Shown in pieces: positions 14,400 through 28,544 of a stretch of 64,000 bases of DNA. A program made the position numbers and the translations under genes. The stretch covers positions 58,902,001 through 58,966,000 of the forward strand of contig NC_086097.1 in NCBI RefSeq assembly GCF_963921235.1, in the 5' to 3' direction. The stretch's first letter is position 1, and the number at the start of each line of letters is the position of its first letter. Origin of the DNA: Mobula hypostoma (Eukaryota). The notes under the pieces are model-generated. The model saw only the letters and a program-made list of their open reading frames with translations, did no database searches and was not told the origin of the DNA.

Positions 14400-16480
14400 T
14401 GGTCCTTGGCCTTTCTGACATTGAGTGAGAGGTTGCTGCTGTGGCACCACTCAGCCAGATTTTGAATCTCCCTCCTATATGCTGATTTGTTGCCACCTTT
14501 GATATGGCCTACAACAGTGGTGTTGTCAGCAAACCTAAATAAGGCATAGGTCAGCCTCACAGTCCTAAGTATAAAGAAAGTAGAGCACAGGGCTAAGCAC
14601 ATAGCCTTGGGATGCACTTGTGCTGATGGAGATCGTGAGGGAAATGTTTTCGTCAAACCGACTGGCGTCAGCAAGTGAGAGAATCAAAGATCCAGTTTCA
14701 TCTTGATGTATGCAACTTAGCTGTCCATTTGCTCCAGGATTGTATGAGGAGCTGATGAAATGGAATCGGCCGTGGACCTGTTGTGACAGTAGGCAAACTG
14801 GAGTGGATCCAAGTTGCTTCTTAGCCAGGAGTTGATATGTTTCATCATCAACCTCTCAAAACACTTCATCACTGTGGATGCAAGGGCTACTGCATAATAG
14901 TCATTGGGGCAGGTTACCATGTTCTTCTTGGGCACTGATATAATTGAAGCCTGCTTGAAGCAGATGGGTTCCTCAGACTGCTGAAGCAGGAAGTTAAAGA
15001 TATTGGTGAACACTCCAGCCAGTTGATCAGCACGGGTCTTTTGTACTGGCCAGGTACCTTGTCAGGGGTGGATGCTTTCCATGGGTTCACCCTCACGATT
15101 GATGGTCACGCTTCGTCCTCAGGAACTGAAGTCAGAGGGTCAACAAGGGCTGTGAGAGTTCGTGAAGTTTCCTCCATGTTTTGACAGTCAAAGTCAGCAT
15201 AGAAGGCATTGTGCTCATCTGCGAGTGAAGCCTTGTCACCTATGTTGCTTGGTTTCACTTTGTAAGAGGTAATAGCAATCAAGCTCTGAAGTTCCTACTT
15301 CGCATATGAGATAGCTTTCTGGAGATCATACCTGGACCTCTTGTATCTTATTTGGTCACCAGACCTGAATGCCACTGTTCCAGCCCTCAGCTATTTGCAG
15401 ATCTTATGGTTCATTCACAGCATCTGATTCAGGAAGACTCTGAATGACTTTGTGGGGTTACATTTAGCTATGACTTTATTATCAAATTTGTGACAACCAT
15501 GGTGTATTTGTTCAGACCTCTTGACGAGCATTTGAACACGGCCCGGTCTACTGACTTGAAGTTATGCCATAGCTCCTCCTCTGCCTCATGCAACTGCCTC
15601 TTTGTTGTCCTTAACTCTGGAGCCTTGCTCTTTAGCCTCTGTCTGTACGCAAGTAGGAGGAGGACAGCCAAGCGATCTGATTTACCGTAATGCCGTCTAG
15701 GGATGGAACAATTGTCAGGTGTGTTGGGACCCCTGGTGCTGCAGGTTATATGTTGATGATAATTGGGCAGCGATTTCTTCAAAAAAGCCTGATTGAAATC
15801 CCTGACAATAACCTGAAAGCCAATGGGGCAGGTTTTTTCTTGTTCAATGATGGTCATATTCAATACTTGGAATGCCTGTTTAACATCTGCCTTAGGTGGT
15901 ATAAAAACTGCGGTCAGTTTATATACCAAGGAGTACTCTCTAGGTATGTAAAATTGTCAGTACTTAATTGTTAGATGCTCCTGGTCAGGGGAACAAGACC
16001 ATTGTGTCCGTGCATTACACGATGTTTAACGTGAAACACAGACCCCAGACCCTCATCTTCTGCTTTCTCCAAAGCAGCAGTCTGGTCCATTCTGTATATT
16101 GAGAAGCCCAGCGGGTCTTATCAATGTATCCAGCATATCCAGCGTGAGCCATGTCACTGTGAAAATATGGACCCATAAATTTCCTCTGATACAGCAATCT
16201 TACCCATGGGTCTAGAGCCTTGTTCTCCAGTGATTGTACAATTACTAACAAGATGCTGGGTACAGGAAGTTTCATTCCTCTGAGTTTCTACTTTGGAATC
16301 CTCCCCTCATCCCTCGTTTACAGCCACAGCAGTGATGCACCTTCGTCCACTTATAGGCGCTGTTCCTACTTGAGAGTTAAGTCTGCTGAGTCCTTCAGAA
16401 GGTTATTTCTTAAAGAGAAATTACAGGGTGTAGATTGCAGTGAGAAAAGTTCAGACGAAGTATATTTAGAAGTTCTGTAA
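14400..16480 (-). mobile_element. Rex1/Babar LINE, decayed and lacking its 3' end
   Basis: [46 protein letters not shown] and VQSLENK across several broken ORFs. Confidence 0.85.
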
Positions 16481-17100
16481 GCTGCCCGCAACACATTGCT
16501 GTGGCTCACCTGCAGCATCTTGCCTCTGATATTCCCGTCTAAACGCCTCTTAAATATTGCTATCATATCTGCTTCTCCACAGCAGCATGTTCCTGGCACT
16601 TATCACTGTCTGTGCGAACAACTTGCCTCACACATCTCCTTCAAACTTTTCCTTTAACTGATACCGTCCAATAATTGACATTTCCACCCTAGGAAAAAGA
16701 CCCTGATAGTCTGCCAAAGTCATTCTATTGGGCCAGCATGAACATGATGGGCTGAATGACTCACTCGGTGTTGCATGTTTCTATGACTGATTGGTTCTGT
16801 GAACACCTTGTGCATAACAAGCATTCCTCCTCAACTTTCCAGTGTCTGCATCAAGCATTCTCTCACTAACTGCAACACAGATTAGATATAATATATTTTG
16901 CTCACCGTTCTCCCTCGTGCCCCAAAATGGTTAGTTTTTTCCCTTTTTCCAAATTTCCTTTGCTATATCATATATGGCTTTCCTGGCTATAAATATAATG
17001 TATAGTGTGTTATTCTAAGCTGGTTTCTGGAATTGAGAAGCAGTCTCATTCACACAATCATTTATTTATTAGGATTCTGGTAATGTCAACCTTTACTTAG

Positions 17101-18540
17101 ACCATAAGACCATAAGATATTGGAGCAGAAGTAGGCCATTCGGCCCACTGAGTTTGCTCCGCCATTCAATCAAGGGCTGATCCAATTCTTCCAGTCATCC
17201 CCATACCCTTTGAGGCCCTGGCTAATCAAGAACCTATTTATCTCTGCCACCCAATGACCTCCACAGCCACTCGTGGCAACAAATACCACAGATTTACCAC
17301 CCTCTGACTAAAGTAATCTCTCCGCATCTCAGTTCTAAAAGGACGTCCTTCAATCCTAAAGTCATGCCCTCTTGTCCTAGAACCCCCACCATGGGAAATA
17401 ACTTTGGCATATCTAATCTGTTCAGCCCTTTTAACATTCAGAATGTTTCTATGAGATCCCCCCTCATTCTCCTGAACTCCAGGGAATACAGCCTAAGAGC
17501 TGCCAGACATTCCTCATACAGTAACCCTTTCATTCCTGGAATCATTCTCATGAATCTTCTCTGAACCCTCTCCAATGTCAGTATATCCTTTCTAAAATAA
17601 GGAGCCCAAAACTGCACACAATACTCCAAGGGTGGTCTCACGAGTGCCTTATAGAACCTCAACATCACATCCCTGCTCTTATATTTTATACCTTGAGAAA
17701 TGAATGCTAACATTGCATTTGCCTTCTTCACAATCAATTCAATCTGGAGGTTAACCTTTAGGGTTTCCTGCACAAGGACTCCCAAGTCCCTTTCCATCTC
17801 TGCATTTTGAATTCTCTCCCCATTTAACTAATAGTCTGCCTGTTTATTTCTTCCACCAAAGTGTATGACCATACACTTTCCAACATTGTATTTCATTTTC
17901 CACTTCTTTGCCCATTCCCCTAAACTATCTAAGTCTCTCTGCAGGCTCTCTGTTTCCTCAACACTACCCGCTCCTCCACCTATCTGTATCATCGACGAAT
18001 TTAGCCACAAATCCATTTAATACCATAGTCCAAATCATTGACGTACGACCCCTTCAACCGCATCCAGTACGAGATAACGATTACTAACGGGGATGGCTAC
18101 AGGGGTGTTCTCTACTATCTGAGCTCTTTCCTTCACTTCTCTGACCGTCACCCACTTATCTAACTCCTGCACCCTCAGGGTGACTAACTCCCTGTAGCTC
18201 CTCTCTATCTCCTGTTCAATCTCTGTAATAAGCTGTAGGTCATCGAGCCGCAGCTCCAGATCCCTAACACGGTCTCTCAGGAGCTGCATCTCGGTGCACC
18301 TGGCTCAGATATGGCCATCTGGGAGACTGGAAGGTTCCCAGGATTCCCACATCCAACACCCAGAGCAAAATGCTAACCCTACCGACATGCTTACTATTCC
18401 TAAACAAAAATTGTGAAGGAAAACCAAAAACGAAGTCCACTTACCCACTTACTTTGTCGAAGCCTGAATGAGCAAAAGCCTGTCGCTTCTACTCTCACCA
18501 CTGCCCTACTCCCGACAATGGCCGCTCCACTTATCCCTTC
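17101..18540 (-). mobile_element. CR1 LINE with the ORF1 N-terminal region joined directly to the ORF2 3' end
   Basis: 17101-18040 is the CR1 RT C-terminus (ERDLGVLV, LEYCVQFWAPY) with (TCTTATGG)2 tail; 18045-18540 reads QLLRDRVRDLELRLDDL..IPVSNRYLVL, CR1 ORF1-like. Confidence 0.8.
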
Positions 18541-18884
18541 TGTATTTTTATTTAACTGAGTCTAGAGTACATCAACACAATGCCACAATGGTTATCCTTG
18601 AAACATAGTTTCTTGAAGTAATAGTGATCCTACTGATCTTTAAGTAGCAACTATACTCATCACAACTGTACATTTACCACAAGAAATGCAATTAAGCTAA
18701 AAATTGATAATAATTCTGAGCAGCCTCCAGTAGTACCACTGAGATGCATTAACTGTCAGGAAATTATGCTTTCATTTGAACTGCCTAGACTAAATTAAGT
18801 TTAAACCAGAAATAAAGCACCAACATCTAAAGGAGTTATACAGGCACGAATGCTGGATCGCAGTTAACAGGGATCAATTCTCTT

Positions 18885-19300
18885 TTCAAGTTCATGTTTA
18901 ATTGTCATCCAACCATATACATGAATACAGCCAAATGAAACAGAATTGCTCCAGGGCCAAGGTGCAGAACACAATACCAACACTCACACGCAGCGCAAGG
19001 GCACATAAAGCACATTTAATTTCAATAGCAGTAAAACATAGTCACAAAAACATCTATAGCCCTGGTCCCTGAATGTCATGGCCAGTAGACTGATGGTGCA
19101 TGGGATGTTGTCCTGGGGCCATGTTTCTGCAAGGTCAAGCAAACAGCAGGTCCTCATCAGACACTAATGCAGCCACAGACAAGTGCAATCCAGCTTATCT
19201 TATATGAGCAAACACTGGAGAGCACCTCTGACAGGAGGGGCCAGCCTCAACCCAGCCACGCCACACTGTCTCCGACGTCTCCTCCCCTGGTTGGCTGATG
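18885..19300 (-). mobile_element. Non-autonomous retroposon-like repeat with LINE-type 3' tail
   Basis: Minus-strand 3' end GACAATTAAACATGAACTTGAA resembles the Rex-type tails in this window; no coding motif recognised. Confidence 0.4.
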
Positions 19301-19399
19301 ATTTTAGCCACTCGGGAGCAAGCAAAATAGTTTCAAAAACACAAAAATCATAGATCTTCATTTCAGAGGAAGTCAGTGATTCTCACCGCTAGGGATGCA

Positions 19400-19850
19400 T
19401 GCACCAACAGACACAAAATAATAATAATTTTCAGCACTGAAAAAGGTTCACATCCAGATGGTGTTCTCATTCATTAGGAGGCAAGTTTGAGATCAATGGG
19501 AATTGAGGTGCAGAACTGGATTTAGGGATGGAGGCTGGATGGGTTTAAGCTATACTACTATTCAGCCAGAGACAGCAGGCTGGCAGATGTGAATGGTGTT
19601 GCCATATGGTCGACTAGAAGGATTTTGATTTGCAAGAACTGTTGGCAGTATTGACCTTCATTGCCATAGACTGCACTATACTCCAGGCTGGAGCACAGCT
19701 TGTCAGCTGTTTTAAACATGGAACAGAACATGGTAACAGCCTCTCTAGTGATTAATTAATTGTGTCAACAAAGTTATTATCCTTCTGAGATGCTAATGCT
19801 GGCGAGCCTCCTGTCTCCTATCAGTATTTAGCTACCTATCTGAGAACATT
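19400..19850 (-). mobile_element. PIF/Harbinger transposase fossil (N-terminal part)
   Basis: Minus-strand reading with frameshifts gives REAVTMFC, AMKVNTA..SF*S and GNTIHICQPAVS, resembling Harbinger AVKVTxAL..GSFQ..GD..ISQ.AV. Confidence 0.4.
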
Positions 19851-20814
19851 CAATCCTTTTGATGTGCAGGTCAGGTTTCAGAAGTAAATCAAACTACTTT
19901 AAATAAAATAGAAAATCCAAGATCAAAAGCAGAGATGCTGTCTGTTTCCAGCATACTCTGTTTTCACTTCATTAAAATAATGGTCCTCCTGTGGAAGGGA
20001 ACTGCTTTGATTTTAAATGTTCCAGCATGTTTGGAACAGAGTAGGTTTTATTTTCTGTTTTCTAATCCTTGTTTACATAATATTTGTTGAGAATGGATTA
20101 TTTCGAAGAGGAAAAAAATACTTACAGTACGCACAAAATCTCATTTAAAAAGATGCTTCTTAAAAATTGTTTCAAAGGTTTTATATATTATTACAAGCCA
20201 AGACAACAAAGTACCGTGGTAAATAGTGTATTCCACCATGTTTGAGCCTGTGATGAATATGTGGTATCTAGTCTAATAAGGGGATACTGGTATTAATGAA
20301 TAACTCTGATTCGCCCTCTACAGATGCCTGGCCTGCTGAATATTTCCAACACTTTTTATTTTTATTTAATGCTATCACTTTATCTTCACGTATGGACTAA
20401 TTATGTTGCCTATTAGTTTCTGCTAGAACCTTATACTTGATATATACTTGTTTGGATCATGAAAGAGCTAATAGGATTCTTATCCCCAATTTATGTTTGA
20501 ATTTGACACATTATTAAAGAGCTTCTACAATTAACGGTTCTGGCACTTCCTTCAGCCTTAAAAAAATATTAATCTCTTTTTACCCCATATATATTCCTTG
20601 CTAGATTTCATATTTTTATGTCCAATGGAAGTTTTGGAAGATAAATTTAATCATTGTGAGGAATGCAAGGCTTATTAACCGAATGTGGACAGTACCTCTA
20701 TTTGCTAGCTGATGTGACTGCTGTGTGCAGCCAGCATTAACTGCATTTTGGAGGAGAGTGAGAGGGGCACTTAAGAGATGAAGCAGGTTATGAAAATCAT
20801 TCTGATATGGGAAA

Positions 20815-20874
20815 AGACAATATTGCAGAACAGGAGACAATATTGCAGAACAGGAGACAATATTGCAGAACAGG
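20815..20874. repeat. Perfect 3 x 20-bp tandem repeat (AGACAATATTGCAGAACAGG)
   Basis: Three identical consecutive units read directly. Confidence 0.95.
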
Positions 20875-20939
20875 TATGATGTTTTGACACCACACTTCAC
20901 AGCTTGACGTGCAGCAACAGGGAATATCCAAAGCATTAG

Positions 20940-21225
20940 GAGGCCCTTTAAACATGCACTCCAAATGGAGTGGGAACACATAGCTATGGACTGAGTGCAA
21001 TGTAAGACTGCAAATAGCTTCTTACTGAAAATATTAATTTTTTCCAAAGCATCTCCACATGTTTCCCTGATTTCTTGAGCAACCATGATGCGCTAGTCAA
21101 TAACCACAGAAGAGAAATTTTCATTAAAATTCCCAGCCATTTTTGTGGCTTGAGACATAGTTGGCCCTGTTCATTTCTAAGAAGACCAACTCCCTTACCA
21201 GCCACCTTTTTACTCTTTATGTTGC
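20940..21225 (-). mobile_element. Old CR1 ORF2 fragment (linker region)
   Basis: KGVGLLRNEQGQLCLKPQK parallels KIGPLKNQSGWLCVEPKEM of the CR1 at 42672-43109. Confidence 0.55.
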
Positions 21226-21949
21226 TCTAGATAGATAGCCACATAGATAAGATGCCTGTCAATTTATACACAGCTAAGTCCCACGGGCAGTAAAGGAAAT
21301 GAACAGGTACTCTGTTTCTGTGGTTTTGAGAGCTGAACACTGGTATGGTTCCTCTACTCTATGAAGAAATAAATCTCCATGTAAAGGAGCAAGTGGTTCA
21401 GCAACACCTGACACTCGGCGTTGGTTGTTAGCGCCGCATGTTTTCAGCACTGCCCGCCAAACGTTTGGTGTTCAAAACGATGGAGCTTGAAACCAAAACA
21501 AATCTGACTGAGGGGAAACTATTTGCACTGTTGTATATCTAACAATGCCAGCTGTATCACCAAAGCTTTTCAAAGCACGGACTGACACATTCCCTCTCTT
21601 GCAGGACAAACAGTGCAGCTGGAGTTAGACAACAAGGGAAAAGCATGATTGTATTATGATACCTTGACTGAAGAGACTGGCTCTTGCCTTCAATGTTGTG
21701 CGCATTGCTGAGGTCATGAACAGTCATGACAACAAATCCATACAAGATTATGTCAATTTTGAATCTCCCACTCCTATTCTTTCCATCACACAACCCCTTC
21801 AACTACAGCAGGCATGTGCATGTCCCTCTTACTTTCACGAAGTTGCCTTTGCCTTCACTCTGTGATATCCGAGAGATGAATCTGTCCAGGCAATGACAGA
21901 GCGAAGGGTAAATAAGCGTTTGTTTGAGAACAGTAATTTAGCATTACAT

Positions 21950-22800
21950 TTATTGGTATTTCACATGTGGGTTCTTTAGGAACAGCCTGAGCAGAAGGTA
22001 TATAGTTTCTCCTTCCCTTCTTTGCCTGGTTCTCAACAACTCACTCCATTGATGGTGGCAAGGGCTTTATGACTGGCAACATTGTGAGGTACATGGCAAA
22101 GCATCAGAAACCCCAGCAAATGCACTGAAGAATATTGTGTACATTCAGCCTATAGCTCAGGCAACAGAACCATCGAAGATCTGGTGTGAGAGCAAATCAC
22201 TCGTGGGGCTGCTTGCTGCCCACATTCCTTGTTACCCAGCAGCCACTCGTCAGATTATCTACTTCTCCAAATGCTGATCGCACAGTGAAACAGAACGGCA
22301 GCCTCATGATGGTTGCCTACGCACAGGGCAATTGCCCTGTGGGATTCGTTGCCATTTGTCATGCAGTCTGGGAATACTGAAGCTGATGAATCCTTTCAAT
22401 TTGCGGCACATATCCTGAGTTGAGATGCAATTCCAAAAAAACACAATGTGTGCATGTGATTAGTATCACCCTACATTCTCTGTAGCAAGCATGCTCTGGA
22501 CATTGCCTCCACACAGAAGAGAATAAATGTGATTATCTTTTATTGAAACAATAGCATCAATGACCTTCCACATGAAACAGTGGTTGGCAAAACTGCGACA
22601 TTGAAAAACTTTCCAGTTGCATTCTGGACAGAGCCAAACCTTTATCAGCAGTCTTTGTTTTGTCCCTACATCGCACTTGTGACTGTAACAGGCAGCAAGT
22701 TTCAGTCCTTGCAAGAGTGAAGATATCATGCATATAATTCTCAGTCAGAAAGGAGAATTGTGTTACGACCACCCTTTCTCCTCCTTCCTCTTCCAGCCAT
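21950..22800 (-). mobile_element. PIF/Harbinger transposase fossil
   Basis: Degenerate motifs in the expected order: VQGxIDCTH-like near 22460, NRKGFHS-like near 22395, GNHHEAAV (GSxHD-like) near 22310 and EWLLGNKEC (GWLLGDKGY-like) near 22235. Confidence 0.45.
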
Positions 22801-23074
22801 TTGATCTGCTGTGCTCATTCTTTCCGCAGGTCGGGTAAAACACCAGTTATGTTGAATGAAGACTGGTTTGGATGGAGGTTACAAGTCCACAAAATTCCCT
22901 TCAGTGCTTATCATACCACTTGCTATAAGCTATAGCAACTTTAAAGAACCCTAGAAAACATCAATATGAGTACAACATTTTAACAAGTAGATAAAATCAA
23001 GCAGCAACTACCATGCAAAGAGTAGATAATGTATTTAAATAGTGCCTCTGGAGGGTCTGTCCTGATGCTGAGCC

Positions 23075-26000
23075 AGAATCAGAATCAGAAGCAGGTTTAT
23101 TATCACCAGCATGTGACATGAAATTTGTTAACTTAGCAGCAGCAGTTCAAAGCAATACATAAACTACCAGAGACAAAAAATTATAATAAATAAACAAGTA
23201 AATCAGTTACATATATTGAATAGACTTTAAAAAATATGCAAAATCACAAATATAGTATATTAAAAAAAAGTGAGGTAGTGTCCAAAGATTCAATGTCCAT
23301 TTAGGAATCGAGTGGCAGAGGGGAAGAAGCTGTTCCTGAATCGCTGAGTGTGTGCCTTCAGGCTTCTGTACCTCCTACCTGATGGTAACAGTGAGAAAAG
23401 GGCATGCCCTGGGTGTTGGAGGTCTTTAATAATGGACGCTGCCTTTGTGAGACACCGCTTCCTAAAGATGTCCTGGGTACTTTGTAGGCTAGTACCCAAG
23501 ATGGAGTTGACTAGATTTACAACCTTCTGCAGCTTCTTTCAGTCCTGTGCAGTAGCCTCTCCATACCAGACAGTGATGCAGTCTGTCAGAATGCTCTCCG
23601 CGGTATATCTATAGAAGTTTTAGAGTGTATTTGTTGACAATCCAAATCTCTTCAAACTCCTAATGAAGTATAGCTGCTGTCTTGCCTTCTTTATAACTAC
23701 ATCGATATGTTGGGACCAGGTTAGATCCTCAGAGATCTTGACACCCAGGAACTTGAAGCTGCTCACTCCCTCCACTTCTGATCCCTCTATGAGGATTGGT
23801 ATCTGTTCCTTTGTCTTACTCTTCCTGAAGTCCACAATCAGCTCTTTCGTCTTACTGATGTTGAGTGCCAGGTTGTTTCTGCAGCACCTCTCCACTAGTT
23901 GGTGTATCTCACTCCTGTATGTCTTCCTCGTCACCACCTGAGATTCTACCAAAAATGGTTGCATCGTCAGCAAATTTATAGATGGTATTTGAGCTATGCC
24001 GAGCTACACAATATGTTAACACCAATCCGCACAGATTGTGATCTTCTGGTTAGGAAGTCAAGGATCCAATTGCAGAGGGAGGTAGAGAGGCCCAGGTTCT
24101 GCAAATTCTCAATCAGGATTGTGGGAATGATGGTATTAAATGCTGAGCTATAGTCGATGAGCAGCATCCTGACAGAGGTGTTTGTGTTGTCCAGGTGGTC
24201 GAAAGTCGTGTGGAGAGTCATTGACGTTGCATCTGCTGTTGACCTATTGTGGCGGTAGGCAAATTGCAATGGGTCCATGTCCTTGCTGAGGCAGAAGTTC
24301 AGACTAGTCATGACCAACCTCTCAAAGCATTTCATCACTGTTGATGTGAGTGCTACCGGGCGATAGTCATTAAGGCAGCCCACATTATTTTTCTTAGGCA
24401 CTGGTATAATTGTTGCCTTTTTGAAGCAAGTGGGAACTTCCGCTCATAGCAGTGAGTGGTTGAAGATGTCCTTGAATACTCCCGCTAGTTTGTTGGCACA
24501 GGTTTTCAGAACCTTACCAGGTATTCCATTCGGACCTTCCACCTTGCAAGGGTTCAGTCTCTTTAAAGACAGCCTAACATCGGTCTCTGAAACGGAGATC
24601 ACAGGGTCATCAGGTGCAGCAAGGATCGTCACTGCTCTCCCTTTCAAAGTGTGCATAGGAGGGGTTGAGTTTATCTGGTAGTGAAGCATCACTGCCATTC
24701 ATGCTATTGGGTTTCGCTTTGTAGGAAGTAAGGTCTTGCAGATCCTGCCAGAGTTGCTGTGCATCTGATGTTGCCTTCAACCTCATTTGAAATTGTCTCT
24801 TTGCCCTTGAAATAGCCCTCTGCAAGTCATACCTGGTTTTCTGGTACAGGCCTGGGTTGCCAAACTTGAATGCCACAGATCCAGCCTTCAGCAGATGATG
24901 TACCTCCACATCCAGATGACATCCACAGCTTTTGGTTTGGGACTGTACAGTAAGTCTTTGTGGGCACACACTCATCTGCACACTAATGACGTCAGTAACA
25001 ACTGCAGCATACTCATCCCCACGTTCGAATAAGAATTCCTGAATACAGTCCAGTCCACTGATTCAAAACAGTCCTGTAGGTTCTCCTGTGCTTCCCTTGT
25101 CCATACCTTCTTGGTCCTCATTACTGGTGCTGCAGTTTTCAGTCTCTGCCTATACTCAGGGAGTAGAAGTACAGCTAAATGATCAGACTTGGCAAAGTGA
25201 GGGCGCGGAATAGCATGGTAGGCATTCTTGATGGTGGTGTAGCAATGGTCCAGTGTGTTGCTTCCTCTGGTATTGCAAGTGATCTGTTGATGATAGTTGT
25301 CCAGTGATTTTTTTCAGACTGGCCTGGTTAAAATCTCCCAAAACGATGGTGAAGGCATTAGGGTGCGCTGTTTCATGCATGTTGATCCCATTACTCAGAC
25401 ATTGGCCTGAGGTGGAATGTAAACTGCTACCAAAATGACCCCAGAGAACTCCTATGGTAGGTAAAAAGGATGCCACTTTGCTTCTAGATATTCCAGATCT
25501 GCTGAGCAGAATTGGGACAGCACTGATATATTTGTGCACCAAGAAGAGTTGATCATGAGGCATACACCTCCACCTCTGCTTTTGAGAGACTCTATAGATC
25601 TATCCTGACGGTGTATAGTAAACCCGTCGATCTGAATCGCTGCATCCGGTATGGAAGGGGTTAACCAGGATTCCGTGAAACAAAGGACACATGTGGTCCT
25701 AACGTCCCTCTGATTCAGCACTCTAGCTCTGAGATCATCAATTTTATTCACCAGAGACTGCACCTTCGCCAGCAAAATAATCAGTATAGGGAGTTTAAAG
25801 CCCCATTTCCTTTGTGTTGGGCACATGGCCAAGTGGTCAAGGCGTTCATCTAGTGATCTGAAGGTCGCTAGTTCGAGCCTCAGCTGTGGCAGAGTGTTTG
25901 TGCCTTTGAACAAGGCACTTAACCACACATTGCTCTAGTCTGTGCGAGGAGTGTCACCCCACACAGACTTCCAATCTGCGCCTTGTAAGGCATGAAAATG

Positions 26001-26310
26001 CTCGATGCAGGCCTCCTATGGTCTGAGTCGATGTTCCCTCCCTCCCCCTCCTCCTTCCTTAAGCGCACTTGTAATCTTGATCTGCACCTCCTCTGAGATG
26101 TCCTCCGTCTGCACTTCCGACCACAATCGGTTTTGTTTCCATTGGTTTCAAGCAGCCATAGTTCGTCTAAATGCATTAAGACATCTTTGTTGACTGTGCT
26201 GACCTTGGAAGGAATTGTGCTTGTTAGCTGTATCAGACTGAAACAGGAATATTTAATTGTATCCATTGAGAGTACTGCTGCTACTGGAGTCGCGCTAGGT
26301 GCCCCGGAAG
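23075..26310 (-). mobile_element. Near full-length Rex1/Babar LINE
   Basis: VQSLVNKIDDLRAR, LCFTESWL, RGGGVCLMIN and VLGDFNQ (APE endonuclease); [30 protein letters not shown] and FKFLGV (RT); (GATTCT)n tail at 23075-23090. Confidence 0.92.
25813..26054 (+). mobile_element. tRNA-derived SINE inserted into the Rex element
   Basis: Pol III A-box TGGCCAAGTGG near 25828 and B-box-like AGTTCGAGCC near 25870; (CCCT)-type tail; TTCCTT duplicated at 25807-25812 and 26055-26060. Confidence 0.85.
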
Positions 26311-27399
26311 TAAAATATGGGAGGATAAGGAGAGAAATGGGGTGCTGAGCCTCAACATCATTAACAACCACCTCCAAAAAGTATTGCATGATGGTTGAGA
26401 TCATCTTCTGCAAACTATTCATTCTTCTGGCAGGTTGCCTCTGTGTAATCCTGACATTCGCACAAAGATGCTTTCCACACATATAGGGGGCCCCTGCTCC
26501 CATCTTGGAACCTTTGACTGCTCCTTTCAAGGCTCAAGAAATAATGGGTTTGGAAGATGAGACTCAAAAATGGATTGACGTGATGATGGAGACATCCTGT
26601 GATGGACATTCCCACCATATTTGGCTCAGACAGAACCGAAGAATGGCAAGCCTTATTGAAGATGTACCAGCTTCTAACTCAAGATATTTGCATTGTACCA
26701 ACCATGTAGAATACGAGTAGTTGAAATTCTGGGCAGGTGGCCATTCAGTAGGTGAAAGTGTATGAGCTGAATACTATCAATAATTGTCAATTTATCCAAG
26801 ATATTATACTGCAATTTTTACTATCCATATATTCAAGTTACCAGACTTCAAAAGATGATTCAGGACAAAATACTAATTTGCACCATTAGTATCATTTTCA
26901 TTTTGCGAATAGTTCTAGTGGAGCCAATGTATTTCAATGAATAGTGTTAGCTGGGCTAGTTCTCAAATTGCCCAATCAAAATGGACACATAAATTTGAAC
27001 GATGACGCACGATTGAAGAATAGATTAGTTAGCCTCCAAGGACACAGATCAGAGATAAATTAGTCTTCTATCACAAGAAATTAGTTGGTAGCTTAATTGA
27101 CTTTATAGCTTAATTTCTTTGAGACTCCTGGTGTTTGAAAAACTTCACAAGGAAAAGTTTTACAGAGATGAAAACAGTTACAGTAAACATTAAGTAATTG
27201 GATCTACTTTCTGTTCTTTTTCTTTTACACAATCATTCATTATATTATTTTTTTTTGGTATACTTGTGATCAGGAGGCTAAATAGCCATATTGAAAATTC
27301 AGGAATAAACTGTAAACAGTTTTTAAAGAAGAGTATTTTATTACCACAATAGCTGAGAAACATCAGACCTACACTGACCACCAAATTGTACAAAGAAAG

Positions 27400-27882
27400 T
27401 TCCCGATGTCAACACCTGAAACAGGTGATCTTGGGTCTTGGGCAAGGTTTGATTGGCGTGACTTGTGGATTGGAATTGTTTTGAGAGGACTCAGTGGTTC
27501 ATGTTACTTGTGTTTCTGGCGACTTTTTTTTAATTGCTATTTTGTACCATTTTGCTCAGGACACTTTGACGTGGACTGGATCAGCGGCCTGCAGTCAATG
27601 AATGACGCAATGCTAAATTGAACTAAGTTGAACTAAACTAAACATTCCTGACTGTTTCAAGGACTCTACAGTTCTATGCTTAATATTCTGTGTTATTCGC
27701 TTGTTTTTTTTTTGCCATTTGCGTGATTTGATCTTTTTTACCCCCGAATCGTTGGGTACTTGAAGTTTTCTTTGAATGAGGTCCACAGTGTTTCTTTGTT
27801 TTGTGGCTGCTTGCCAGAAGACGAATCTCAGGGTTGTATGCTGCATACATACTTTAATAATAAATGTACTTTGAACCATTGA
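27400..27882 (+). mobile_element. Non-autonomous retroposon-like repeat with LINE-type tail
   Basis: Ends AATAAATGTACTTTGAACCATTGAA; internal (TGAAC)-type repeats; no ORF recognised. Confidence 0.45.
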
Positions 27883-28544
27883 AAGACCAATTTCACATTT
27901 GAGACTTCTGTGTAAATTTGATTTGATCCTACTGGAGCCTGAACAATTTCCTCAGGCAAACAGGCCTCATCAGGGGTCATTAAAGAGGGATTGGAGGTGA
28001 CATTAGAATGTAGGTTACTTAAAAATAGAGCCTGAAATTGGAGCCTGAGGGTGTGTATGACCTTTTGGGCCAACACACTCTAATGCACTTAGGGTGAAGG
28101 ATCATTTGAACTTGTCGTATAACTCACAGTACACATCTTTGTGACAATCATAAGTAACATTTTCTATGATTGCCCAAAATCTCTTGATGATCAGGAAAAG
28201 AATTCTTCTCACTTTACTTTTAAAGTCAAAGCATATCCTTTAGAAATATAATATTTCTGTTGGTCTCCTGCATTCTTATTATTTAGTAGAAAAATTAATA
28301 ATTTTCACTCCAGGCTTGAAATGATGTAAAACTTAATTTCATCTTGTAATCTTGCCATCAAAAACTAACAGTTAAAGGTCAATTACCATTGAAAATTAAT
28401 TTAAATTTCAGGAGGACTTCTGGGTCACCAAGAGAATGGCAGCGTAGGAAAAGGTCTCTTGACAAAAAAGAATGTAAACTGCCCCAAAGTCGAAATTAGA
28501 CAAATATTTAGTATTGTATAACTATATCAATAAAAGGGGCAAGG

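Noticed and set aside
25820..25895. Functional tRNA gene
   Set aside because: It has A and B boxes but continues into a SINE body with a simple-repeat tail and TSD inside a LINE; no clean cloverleaf or poly-T terminator.
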